Numbered from the stretch's first letter, positions 21,450-29,271 are shown. The stretch: DNA of 64,000 bases from Candidatus Saccharimonadia bacterium (GCA_046597065.1 JBKJLI010000002.1:116071-180070); one strand, 5' to 3'. Program-made: numbers and translations. Notes: a model not told the origin generated them from the letters alone.

Positions 21450-21785
21450 ATGTTATTTTTTAAAGCCAGGCCACGTGCTCGTTTTGCATCTTGGTCATTT
21501 TTAGCTCTGTTAGTACTGTTTGCCTCTATTTCAACTCAACGGCTAGCGGTTGGTTTAACCGGAATCGGAGCTGTACTTATCATTAGCTCAATTTTGGTAG
21601 AAGCCAACAAAGAACGAATTTGGGACGATTACAAAAAGCAGTATAAGTACTCAAAAAATGATTTGCTGCCTAAGTCTTGGTCTGAGCCAAATCAGTTGTA
21701 TTATCGATTGAACATTTACCTGGTGTGGCCAACTGTCTTTTTACTAGGCCTAGCGGCAATCTACGCGGCTTACTTGATCGCATAA
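21450..21785 (+). CDS. hypothetical membrane protein
   Basis: 3 hydrophobic segments; AAGGAG SD. Confidence 0.7.
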   Translation: MLFFKARPRARFASWSFLALLVLFASISTQRLAVGLTGIGAVLIISSILVEANKERIWDDYKKQYKYSKNDLLPKSWSEPNQLYYRLNIYLVWPTVFLLGLAAIYAAYLIA

Positions 21786-21813
21786 AATTTGCTAAACTAA
21801 CCTGGATCATCGC

Positions 21814-21900
21814 GCGGACGTGGTGGAATGGTAGACACGCCAGCTTGAGGGGCTGGTGGCCGCTTAGGCCGTGGAGGTTCAAGTCCTCTCGTCCGCACCA
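21814..21900 (+). tRNA. tRNA-Leu(GAG)
   Basis: Acceptor GCGGACG/CGTCCGC, anticodon GAG, long variable arm, CCA. Confidence 0.96.
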
Positions 21901-21948
21901 AAACAACACAAGCGGCCTTCTCTGGTCGTTTTGTTGTTTTGTAGCCGC

Positions 21949-22092
21949 AGGACTTGAACCGATAGGTGAGAATTGCCAGTGGCAGTTCGCAAGACCGGAA
22001 GCCCGGCGGACGAATGTCGCCGAGCTGGGTGGGGTCGAGGCACGCCTGCTTGCAGGGTGACCGTGACCAAGTCCTCTCTCGCGCACCAAAAC
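21949..22092. repeat. tRNA-Leu-associated structured element bounded by an inverted T-arm copy and a direct 3'-end copy
   Basis: 21949-21960 is the reverse complement of tRNA 21876-21887; 22068-22092 matches 21880-21904 at 22/25. Confidence 0.75.
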
Positions 22093-22137
22093 GGACTTTA
22101 AGGTATTGCAAATATCTAGATTTCTGCTGAGTCTCGT

Positions 22138-23319
22138 CTAGCCTCTGGCCCAGAAGACTAGCCTGTCGCCAACGCCAACATTATCAAGCCCAGCGTATAA
22201 GTGGGCTGCGTTCCTCTGTCGCTGCACTCTCACGCCGTTGGAAACAATCCCAGCCTCGTTAAAGCCCCAGGTGTTGGTTAACATTTCTGCCAAGCTATCT
22301 GCAGTGTGAAAAGTATGATGGTCACTATTCGTGTCAAAAATTGGTCGGCGTAACTGATGCGAAGAACCACTTCCCGTTATTAAAGGTATAAACTCCGCTA
22401 ACTGAACAGAATTCGGGACACTACCAATCAACATTGCACCCGTTTGCTTCAACCATGGTAAGATTGATTTTTTAAACACAACAGCATGGTGATCAATGTG
22501 CTCGAGTATCTCGCCAAATACCACAACATCAGCTTCTGGGGCATGCTGCCCGAAGTACTCAGCTCGCTTTGTCATTACGTCTACGGCAACTCCTTTATCC
22601 AGATATCTTCCGTGCAGCCCGTAAAGTATAAGGTCTTTTGATACATCAAATCCTGTTATTGTGGTTGCCGCTCTTTCGCTTGGATTTAATTGCGCGATAA
22701 TATTGCGTTCAAGCGGAAGTGGTCCAGTCCCAAAATTGACTAGTGATGCACGTCCTTTGTTTGCCAACGCCTTACGTATGCCTATGAGCCCGAGATCTGT
22801 GAGCATTTCGATGCGTCTGATATGCAAGCCTTCACCTTTTAGGTAGCAATAGTACTGGTCTAAAACGCCAGGCTGTGTAAAATCCTGAGCCTCTACATGT
22901 AAAACAGCTGAGGGGTCGATTTCTATATTGGCAGTGGGCACAGTCTTCCTAGCTTGTACGATTGCCGCTGCTATTACTGGGAATGGTTCAAGCATTTCTT
23001 GACTTGTAAGCGGGTTCGAGGACCATTTTTTTAATAGGTCTTGGTCTGGGACGCGCCCAATAGGGTCTGCAAGATGAATGCCGGCAGCTCTAATCCGATC
23101 ATCTGAAATCGGAATGCCGGATAAGTGGCCATTTGCTAAAGCTCCTAGATATAATCTTTGTTCATACGTCGGGTCTTCTAAGTCGATTCTGTAAAGTGCG
23201 CCTGACTCCCTTAGATTATATAGTTGGCTAGGTGAGAATAGTGGGCTGCATTCGAAACCTACCAAAAAGGTGTCTTGTGGGGTTTGATTATCGAGTACTT
23301 GAGCTTCCAACGACGGCAT
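22138..23319 (-). CDS. class I SAM-dependent methyltransferase-like protein
   Basis: VNFGTGP, ITGFDVS, DVVVFGEILEH, SVPN motifs in the C-terminal half; start uncertain. Confidence 0.7.
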   Translation of the reverse strand: MPSLEAQVLDNQTPQDTFLVGFECSPLFSPSQLYNLRESGALYRIDLEDPTYEQRLYLGALANGHLSGIPISDDRIRAAGIHLADPIGRVPDQDLLKKWSSNPLTSQEMLEPFPVIAAAIVQARKTVPTANIEIDPSAVLHVEAQDFTQPGVLDQYYCYLKGEGLHIRRIEMLTDLGLIGIRKALANKGRASLVNFGTGPLPLERNIIAQLNPSERAATTITGFDVSKDLILYGLHGRYLDKGVAVDVMTKRAEYFGQHAPEADVVVFGEILEHIDHHAVVFKKSILPWLKQTGAMLIGSVPNSVQLAEFIPLITGSGSSHQLRRPIFDTNSDHHTFHTADSLAEMLTNTWGFNEAGIVSNGVRVQRQRNAAHLYAGLDNVGVGDRLVFWARG

Positions 23320-23373
23320 AATGTTGCATATATTGACACAAAAACAACAAAATATCAAATCACTCGATTTACT

Positions 23374-23526
23374 TTACCCTGTTTCACCAGTATCATTAGA
23401 ATTAGTCCCAAACGCCTTCATAAACTGGTCCAACCAGCTTAAAAGGTGTGCGAAAGAAAGTGCCTCAAGGGCACCAGCAATTATCGACAAACCAATTAAT
23501 TTTAATTGCAGTGGATTAATCCCCAC
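23374..23526 (-). CDS. possible 50-aa single-TM peptide (not in ORF track)
   Basis: GTG start, MGINPLQLKLIGLSIIAGALEALSFAHLLSWLDQFMKAFGTNSNDTGETG; TATTAT 5 nt upstream. Confidence 0.35.
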   Translation of the reverse strand: MGINPLQLKLIGLSIIAGALEALSFAHLLSWLDQFMKAFGTNSNDTGETG

Positions 23527-23652
23527 AACTCATAATATTTTACATTTATTGACAGGTTGGTTATAGATAGTGCATAGTGACCACAACTTTTGTGGTAGCT
23601 GTGTGTGCTCGAAACTAGTTCTAGCACAAGCACCAACGACAAAGGATCGACG

Positions 23653-23865
23653 ATGGTATGCATTCGACTGTGCTTCGCTTGCCAGAATGGTAACCACCAT
23701 CGGCACGCCGAAGTGATTCAGGGCGTACCCGAGGGCATGTTGGGTGGCGCTAGGTGTGATTGCACTGGTGCTTGTGATCCGAGTGGAAACTTTCGGGAAC
23801 TGCAGGGTCACATCTCTACGGCTCACCGTCGGAGAGATCAACGCGTCCAAACTCGGGGGAGGTGA
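23653..23865 (+). CDS. orphan Cys/His-rich 70-aa protein; cassette 4a
   Basis: SD AAAGGA 6 nt before ATG 23653; TTGACA at 23549; C-x3-C-x2-C...HH.H...C-x-C-x3-C. Confidence 0.6.
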   Translation: MVCIRLCFACQNGNHHRHAEVIQGVPEGMLGGARCDCTGACDPSGNFRELQGHISTAHRRRDQRVQTRGR

Positions 23866-23867
23866 GT

Positions 23868-24431
23868 ATGAGGACGGCTCAGGCCGCTGCGATGGTCCAG
23901 TGGGGCCCAATCGGCCGTTACATCCAGCCAATATCACTGTCGCTAACGGTGATGATGGTGGGTTTTTTCATGTTCTGTGGGTTGTTTTCGGCGAACTCTG
24001 CTAAGGCGGTGTTGCCGGCTGTGGTCACAGAAGAGAGGGGTCCAAGGCAGCTCATTTCATCGCCTGGCGGAGGCGACCCAGAGAGGTTGTATTGTTCCAA
24101 GCCAGGTAAAAGCAAGTGGCAACTTCGCAGTTTCATTGTTCACTATCTGAGCCAGAAGGGGCTCGAAGGCGGCGTCGACATTTCGACCATTTGCTGGGCC
24201 TACATCGATATATTTGGCTTCAGGTCGGAAGCCGACTTTCTGGTTCAGGCCGATACCCTGGCTTTGGCCGGTTACATCAGAAAAGAAGGCGCCGCCGCCG
24301 ATTGCTATTACGTCATCCAGAAGATGGGTCTTGAAGAGCTGAAGCGAGATGATCAGTATCTGGTCAGCCAGATGAGTCGATGGTTGTCAGATATGCCCAA
24401 CTTTGTCGGCAAGGAAACCACTGGTGGTTGA
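23868..24431 (+). CDS. orphan protein, N-terminal TM plus possible winged-helix; cassette 4b
   Basis: GGAGG before ATG 23868; TM segment, then helix/L...GYI/wing pattern. Confidence 0.65.
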   Translation: MRTAQAAAMVQWGPIGRYIQPISLSLTVMMVGFFMFCGLFSANSAKAVLPAVVTEERGPRQLISSPGGGDPERLYCSKPGKSKWQLRSFIVHYLSQKGLEGGVDISTICWAYIDIFGFRSEADFLVQADTLALAGYIRKEGAAADCYYVIQKMGLEELKRDDQYLVSQMSRWLSDMPNFVGKETTGG

Positions 24432-24448
24432 AACCACCAAAAACATCT

Positions 24449-24480
24449 GAGGCCCTAGTTCAAGCAAGAACTGGGGCCTC
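24449..24480. terminator. hairpin ending cassette 4
   Basis: GAGGCCCTAGTTC-aagcaa-GAACTGGGGCCTC. Confidence 0.7.
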
Positions 24481-24509
24481 AAAACGGATTAATCAGCTTT
24501 TTATAATTC

Positions 24510-24620
24510 ATGGTGCAGCAGCTATCAAAAAATTTCCACCAGATAAGGGATGAGATAGCCCGTTGGAGGTCAATACTGGAAATTCCCTATCAAGAATACC
24601 TACACGCACAATCCCACTAA
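24510..24620 (+). other. 36-codon frame, putative detached C-terminus of the recombinase
   Basis: MVQQLSKNFHQIRDEIARWRSILEIPYQEYLHAQSH*, in frame with the recombinase across TGGTGC. Confidence 0.55.
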
Positions 24621-24690
24621 GGGAGACTAGGGAGTTACACGGCTGAGACCTAAATCACAAAAGGGCTAGAAATTTTGGTATCCTATTTAC

Positions 24691-25263
24691 ATGAAAGATG
24701 TAGTCGCCATTATTGCTATCATTCTCACGTTTGTCGGCTATTTACCCTACATAAGAGATACCATCAAGGGTAAGACTAAACCCCATGTCTATACTTGGTT
24801 TGTGTGGGGGCTTGTCACACTGATTGCCTTTGCTCTTCAAGTAAGCGCAAAAGCAGGCGTAGGTTCGCTAGTAACTCTCGCCGCGGGATTGGTTTGCTTA
24901 GCGATATTTGTTCTTGGCTTGCGTCAGGGCAAAAGAGACATACCCTTTATTGATAAAGTTTGCTTATCCTTAGCCCTCGTTGCACTCGTAGCATGGTTGT
25001 TTGCGAAACAGCCTGTTCTTTCAATTATTATTGTAGCGTTAGCTGATATGCTTGGGTTTATTCCGACAATTCGTAAGTCATGGCATGCGCCACACCAAGA
25101 AACGCTGTCATCTTATGAAATGAATACTTTTCGTTTCGCACTGGCTATTTATGCCCTGCAACACTACACGATAGTTACTATTCTCTACCCATTAACTTGG
25201 ATAGTCGCAAATGGGTTGTTTAGCATTTACCTCATTATTCGCCGTAAACAGGTACTTACTTAG
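24691..25263 (+). CDS. multi-pass membrane protein (PQ-loop/SWEET-like duplicated repeat)
   Basis: PYIRDT.KG.TKPH and PTIRKSW..P.QE repeats, about 7 TM. Confidence 0.75.
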   Translation: MKDVVAIIAIILTFVGYLPYIRDTIKGKTKPHVYTWFVWGLVTLIAFALQVSAKAGVGSLVTLAAGLVCLAIFVLGLRQGKRDIPFIDKVCLSLALVALVAWLFAKQPVLSIIIVALADMLGFIPTIRKSWHAPHQETLSSYEMNTFRFALAIYALQHYTIVTILYPLTWIVANGLFSIYLIIRRKQVLT

Positions 25264-25411
25264 TTTTGTGTCGCACAATGATGATTGTACGGCCAACGCT
25301 AACAGATATGGCGGCCATTTTTTAGCGACAGGGTGGCTTGTCAAGGGTTAGGGTAAAACGGCTCCGTATCTGTTAAAAACATTATTATGACATGTCGCAC
25401 TTTTGCGATGA

Positions 25412-25639
25412 TTACTCGCCAAGTCCGTGACTATTGAGGCACAAAGTATAGTTCCTTTTGTAAAGCTCGAATAGCCTGTTATCGGCTGGCGATCCGGAAC
25501 CTTCAACCTGTTTAACCGCATACTTATTGCACCCTTGGCGATCCCAATAGGGTCGCCATCCAAAAAAGAATAGTAAGTAGATTGATATTATGGTAAGCAA
25601 TACGGTTTTACCGCGTATCTGAGGCATTTTGAGCCGCAT
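25412..25639 (-). CDS. small membrane-anchored protein with two Cys
   Basis: N-terminal TM, C...YTLCLNSHGL; lies downstream of the structured RNA. Confidence 0.6.
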   Translation of the reverse strand: MRLKMPQIRGKTVLLTIISIYLLFFFGWRPYWDRQGCNKYAVKQVEGSGSPADNRLFELYKRNYTLCLNSHGLGE

Positions 25640-25683
25640 AAGATCCTTTCCAAGGTATTTATTGGTAAAAGGGACGGCAAACT

Positions 25684-25783
25684 AAAAAAGCTCGCCACAA
25701 GCGGCAACCTTTCGGCTACCCATCACCGTTTCCAGTAATGACCACGAAAAGAAGTACTCATGACGAGCTGTTTCTTTTCGTGG
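25684..25783 (-). ncRNA. structured RNA: 3-way junction with two GAAA-capped hairpins (C4/CI antisense-like architecture)
   Basis: 14-bp closing stem with G-U pairs only on the minus strand; CAUUACUG-GAAA-CGGUGAUG; GGUAGCC-GAAA-GGUUGCC; U-tract. Confidence 0.7.
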
Positions 25784-26245
25784 ATTTGATGACCATGCCC
25801 CTAACTAATTAGTGGTTTAGGCCTAGTGGTTGCCCACATAAAAGTAGTATACCGCAGGGACACCCTACCCGCACCCGAAATTGTCAGGCGGCTTGCAGGT
25901 ACTTATTATTAGCCTGTCCTCCGCCGTATTTATAAGACAGACATATTAACGGTTAATTGTGGCTACAATTTTTGTGGGAAATTTTTTGGTTAAAAGTGAC
26001 CACCTCTAGTGGAGTCGTTTTGCTCACTATATTAGCCCCATTCTAAGAGGGATGTTAGCCCTGCTCCGTGTGTCTGTCTTCGTTTTTATGATCGTTTTTT
26101 TTGCCATCACAAAAGAGATGGCATGGCGAAAATAGTCGTTTACTCTGCCTATTTTTGTGTATAGACTAAGCCCTATAAGTATAGGTACTTTCAGAGCCAA
26201 GCCCCGACATCTCACCACGATAAGACGTGAGAGAAATGAGATGAA

Positions 26246-26452
26246 ATGGCAGGCGGTGCGGTACCAGATACTCCGGCGAAAGCAACGGACTCCAAAGTCA
26301 ACAGGGTTCAAATTCGTGTTTCCGCCGCCTCTAAGCGTAAGGAAGACGCACTAGCACTAGCATATCTTGTCTACGATATTTTCATAGAAGAAGGCCGCGG
26401 TGATAAAGTAGAAAATGGACAAAACAATGCAAATCAAACTAAACATACCTAA
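26246..26452 (+). CDS. small hypothetical protein upstream of the recombinase
   Basis: 68-aa ORF with amphipathic ALALAYLVYDIF helix, same strand as recombinase. Confidence 0.5.
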   Translation: MAGGAVPDTPAKATDSKVNRVQIRVSAASKRKEDALALAYLVYDIFIEEGRGDKVENGQNNANQTKHT

Positions 26453-26546
26453 TTTATCGATAGTAGTGGGGACTTCTGTTGGCTTCGATTTGCAAGCCTT
26501 GTCCCAGAGGTCTCCACTAGTATCCGTAAGGTGTAGTTATGCCTAA
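26415..26546 (+). CDS. putative 43-aa leader peptide overlapping the recombinase start
   Basis: MDKTMQIKLNIPNLSIVVGTSVGFDLQALSQRSPLVSVRCSYA*; TGnTAAAGT 5 nt upstream. Confidence 0.4.
   Translation: MDKTMQIKLNIPNLSIVVGTSVGFDLQALSQRSPLVSVRCSYA
26459..26524 (+). promoter_or_regulatory. long hairpin 14 nt upstream of the recombinase ATG
   Basis: TAGTGGGGACTTCTG pairs with CAGAGGTCTCCACTA (15 bp, 2 G-U); inner GGCTT/AAGCC stem. Confidence 0.65.
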
Positions 26547-28098
26547 ACAAATACTTGCCGTAGCGTTATGTAGGGTTTCCAGTATTGAACAGTTGGAGAG
26601 TGGCAGTCTCGGCCATCAAAAAGGTAACGTGCTTAAAGCTGCCGAAGAACTAGGGGCCATAATACCCGATGACGCAGTATGGGAGGGTGCGGTATCAAGC
26701 AAGAAGGGCGTAAACTTTAATCGAAAAGACCTAAAGCAGATCTACGAATACTGCAAAAAGAACACGGCAGTCCGGTATGTAATCGTACAGGAAGTCGATA
26801 GATTTATGAGGAGTCCTGACGAGCAGACCTACTTTTATGTAAAGTTCTGGTACGAACTAAGGGTCAGAATATGGTTTGCCGATAAGCCGGAGCTTAACGA
26901 GGACACCCACGTTGCAAGTTTGCTGAGGTATATGGAGGGTTGGAGAGCTGCCGGAAGCAACGAAGAACGGCAAAACAAGTCAATCAACGGCCAGACGGAT
27001 GCCCTAAAAGAAGGCAGATACCCTTTCGCTCCTAAGCCCGGCTACAAGAGGGGTTATGAAAAAGGCATACAAGAGCCTCACGAAGTCCGAGGTCCAATAC
27101 TCAAAGCCACACTACTAGACATCTTCACAAAGCGCCGAACGCCCACCCAGGCACTCATAGAGTTGAACAAGAGCGAATTTATGAAGGGGCGGTACCCCTA
27201 CAAGATGGATAAGTTTAGGGGCATCGTTACTGACTGTTTTTATGCAGGGATTGTTGAATGCGATAAGCAGGTCAAATTTCGTAACGAAGGTGGACTACAC
27301 GAATCCCTAATCACTAAAGACCAGCACTATGAGCTTGTTAGAATCATGAACGACAAAAAGAAAGTACAGTCCGGTCCTCGCAAGAACGGCAACCCGAAAT
27401 ACCCCTTATCAAACCATGTAACTTGCGATTTATGTAAGGACAATTCAATTGGCAGATATGTTGGCTACGACCATGGCAATGGCAAGAACCCGGAGCTAGT
27501 CTATGAGAAATACCGTTGCCGTGTATGTAGGCGATACCTTACGAGGGATGAACTCCATCCAAAGATAGAAAAACAATTCAAGGATAACCCCGTGAGCGAC
27601 AAGGGCTTAAAGGATTTTATCAAAGCCCTAGACATTGTATGGAAGCAGAAGGAGGGTGAGGCAGGCCAAGAGGCAAATCGCCTTAGGCATAAGATCACAA
27701 ACCTCAATGATCAAATAGCCGACCAGGTAGAAGCGGCCACAGACCCTAGCAATGCATACATCAAGTCGGACATTCTTGCTGCCATTAGCAAGAAAAAGTC
27801 CGAAGTAGCTGAGCTTGAAGACCAGTTATCAAAGGCAGGTAGCAAAGCTGACAATGACAAGGAGCGTTTTCTGAGGTTTGCTTTTAAGTTTGTTGATGAG
27901 ATGGGCGGTCGGTTTTTGGAAATATCCCCCGAAAACAGGCTGAGGTGTAAACAAATCGTTTTCCCTGCCGGATTTTACCTAGATGCTGAGAATAGAGTTT
28001 ACACCCCAGAAATTAGTGAACTTATCAGATTAGCAGGCAACAAAAAAGACCTTCCAATAACTGAAAAGTCCCATTTGGTGCGGGTACAGGGACTCTAA
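26539..28098 (+). CDS. large serine recombinase (resolvase + recombinase + Zn-ribbon + coiled coil)
   Basis: CRVSS..Q catalytic motif, VDRFMR, P.PGY, H..LI, CDLC...YRCRVC. Confidence 0.93.
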   Translation: MPKQILAVALCRVSSIEQLESGSLGHQKGNVLKAAEELGAIIPDDAVWEGAVSSKKGVNFNRKDLKQIYEYCKKNTAVRYVIVQEVDRFMRSPDEQTYFYVKFWYELRVRIWFADKPELNEDTHVASLLRYMEGWRAAGSNEERQNKSINGQTDALKEGRYPFAPKPGYKRGYEKGIQEPHEVRGPILKATLLDIFTKRRTPTQALIELNKSEFMKGRYPYKMDKFRGIVTDCFYAGIVECDKQVKFRNEGGLHESLITKDQHYELVRIMNDKKKVQSGPRKNGNPKYPLSNHVTCDLCKDNSIGRYVGYDHGNGKNPELVYEKYRCRVCRRYLTRDELHPKIEKQFKDNPVSDKGLKDFIKALDIVWKQKEGEAGQEANRLRHKITNLNDQIADQVEAATDPSNAYIKSDILAAISKKKSEVAELEDQLSKAGSKADNDKERFLRFAFKFVDEMGGRFLEISPENRLRCKQIVFPAGFYLDAENRVYTPEISELIRLAGNKKDLPITEKSHLVRVQGL

Positions 28099-28151
28099 CC
28101 CTGGACCTCTTCCTTGGCAAGGAAGCGCTCTAACAGCTGAGCTACACCCGC
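28076..28151 (-). tRNA. tRNA-Gly(GCC) with non-canonical U19:A56
   Basis: 76-nt cloverleaf, anticodon GCC, D-loop AGCUGUUA, T-loop UUAGAGU, CCA. Confidence 0.92.
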
Positions 28152-28154
28152 ATA

Positions 28155-28230
28155 TGGTGGCGAGACTCGGACTCGAACCGAGGACACGAGGCTCTTCAAG
28201 CCACTGCTCTACCAACTGAGCTATCTCGCC
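28155..28230 (-). tRNA. tRNA-Phe(GAA)
   Basis: Cloverleaf, anticodon GAA, GGTTCGAGTCC, CCA. Confidence 0.95.
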
Positions 28231-28305
28231 GCGTTCGGTCGCAACTCAAAAATCATACCTGGATTTAAGAGTTTTTTCAACGGTTCTGTTGATGTGTTTT
28301 GGGGG

Positions 28306-29271
28306 TTAGATGTGGTTTTCGCCGCCGAACAGCTTAGATACCGAACTGTGCGTGAAAACAGCTAAAATTGCAGCCGCAAGCAAGTTCGAAACCGAAAGGG
28401 TGACGATTTTTTTGCTGCGCGTCGTTACTGGCAGGGTATCGGTGACAATAACTTGGTCGATAGCTGAGGCATCAATCCGTTGAATTGCTGGCCCCGATAG
28501 TATGCCGTGGGTGGCCATGGCGTAAATTTTGATAGCACCATGCTGCTTTAACATCTCGGCGGCGGCGCAAAGTGTGCCAGCAGTGTCGATCATATCATCG
28601 ATTAAAATGCAGGTTTTGCCCGCGACTTCGCCTACTACATCTAGTGCCTCGACGGAGTTGGCAATATCTTTGGAACGGCGCTTGTGAATGATTGCTAAAT
28701 CTAGCCCCAATTTTTTGGAGTAGCGGTCACTGGTGGCAACTCGGCCGGCATCAGGTGATACAATCACGGCCTTATCGTCAAAGTTTTGTTGGATATAACG
28801 AACCAGGGTGGGCATTGCGGTTAGGTGGTCAAAGGGACCATCAAAAAATCCTTGGATCTGGCTAGAATGCAGATCGATGCTCATAATTCGGTCGGCACCG
28901 GCGGTAGTAAAGATGTCTGATACTAGCTTGGCCGTAATCGGTTCACGCCCACTGGCCTTGCGGTCTTGCCGGGCGTAGCCATAAAAAGGGCAAACGGCGA
29001 TTATCCTACTGGCAGAGGCGCGTTTAGCGGCATCGATTAAAATAGCTTGTTCCAGTATGGAATCGTTAATGTTCTTATAATGGGTTTGGATGATGAAAAC
29101 ATCTGAACCACGAACCGATTCACTGAGTTTGCAGCCAATTTCGCCATTAGAAAAATCGATTAGGTTCGGTTCGCTAAGTGCGGTGTTGAGGTGCTTGGCT
29201 ACATTTTTCGCTAGTTTAGGGTGAGAACGACCGGATATGATCTGCAGGCCGCGCTTGGTATCTAAAGCCAT
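28306..29271 (-). CDS. prs: ribose-phosphate pyrophosphokinase
   Basis: FSNGE, GYARQDRK, VSPDAG, DDMIDTAGT; start moved to MALDT. Confidence 0.97.
   Translation of the reverse strand: MALDTKRGLQIISGRSHPKLAKNVAKHLNTALSEPNLIDFSNGEIGCKLSESVRGSDVFIIQTHYKNINDSILEQAILIDAAKRASASRIIAVCPFYGYARQDRKASGREPITAKLVSDIFTTAGADRIMSIDLHSSQIQGFFDGPFDHLTAMPTLVRYIQQNFDDKAVIVSPDAGRVATSDRYSKKLGLDLAIIHKRRSKDIANSVEALDVVGEVAGKTCILIDDMIDTAGTLCAAAEMLKQHGAIKIYAMATHGILSGPAIQRIDASAIDQVIVTDTLPVTTRSKKIVTLSVSNLLAAAILAVFTHSSVSKLFGGENHI

Larger units (their letters stand above)
24511..28081. mobile_element. small integrative element with large serine recombinase at the tRNA-Gly 3' end; left boundary inferred
   Basis: Recombinase abuts/overlaps tRNA-Gly; TGGTGC (reverse complement of tRNA 3' GCACCA) at 28076-28081 and 24511-24516. 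Confidence 0.65.

Noticed and set aside
21670-22111. Four overlapping ORFs in the track (21670-22089, 21725-22060, 21797-22111, 21879-22070)
   Set aside because: They span tRNA-Leu(GAG) and the GC-rich structured element; they are shadows of stop-poor sequence.
23766-23771. Second TGGTGC as an alternative left boundary of the integrative element
   Set aside because: It lies inside the Cys-rich ORF of an intact promoter-SD-terminator cassette, while 24511 is intergenic and fits better. Not formally excluded.
25267-25294. dif-like site GTGTCGCACAA-TGATGA-TTGTACGGCCA, with a second TGTCGCAC at 25393
   Set aside because: The left arm resembles an XerC arm but the right arm matches the E. coli XerD arm poorly; cannot be supported without a lineage-specific dif model.
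25689-25769. c-di-GMP-I riboswitch interpretation of the GAAA hairpins
   Set aside because: Lacks the GCAAA/GACGCAAAG core and tetraloop-receptor arrangement.
28030-28215. 61-aa minus-strand ORF
   Set aside because: Overlaps tRNA-Phe and tRNA-Gly on the same strand.
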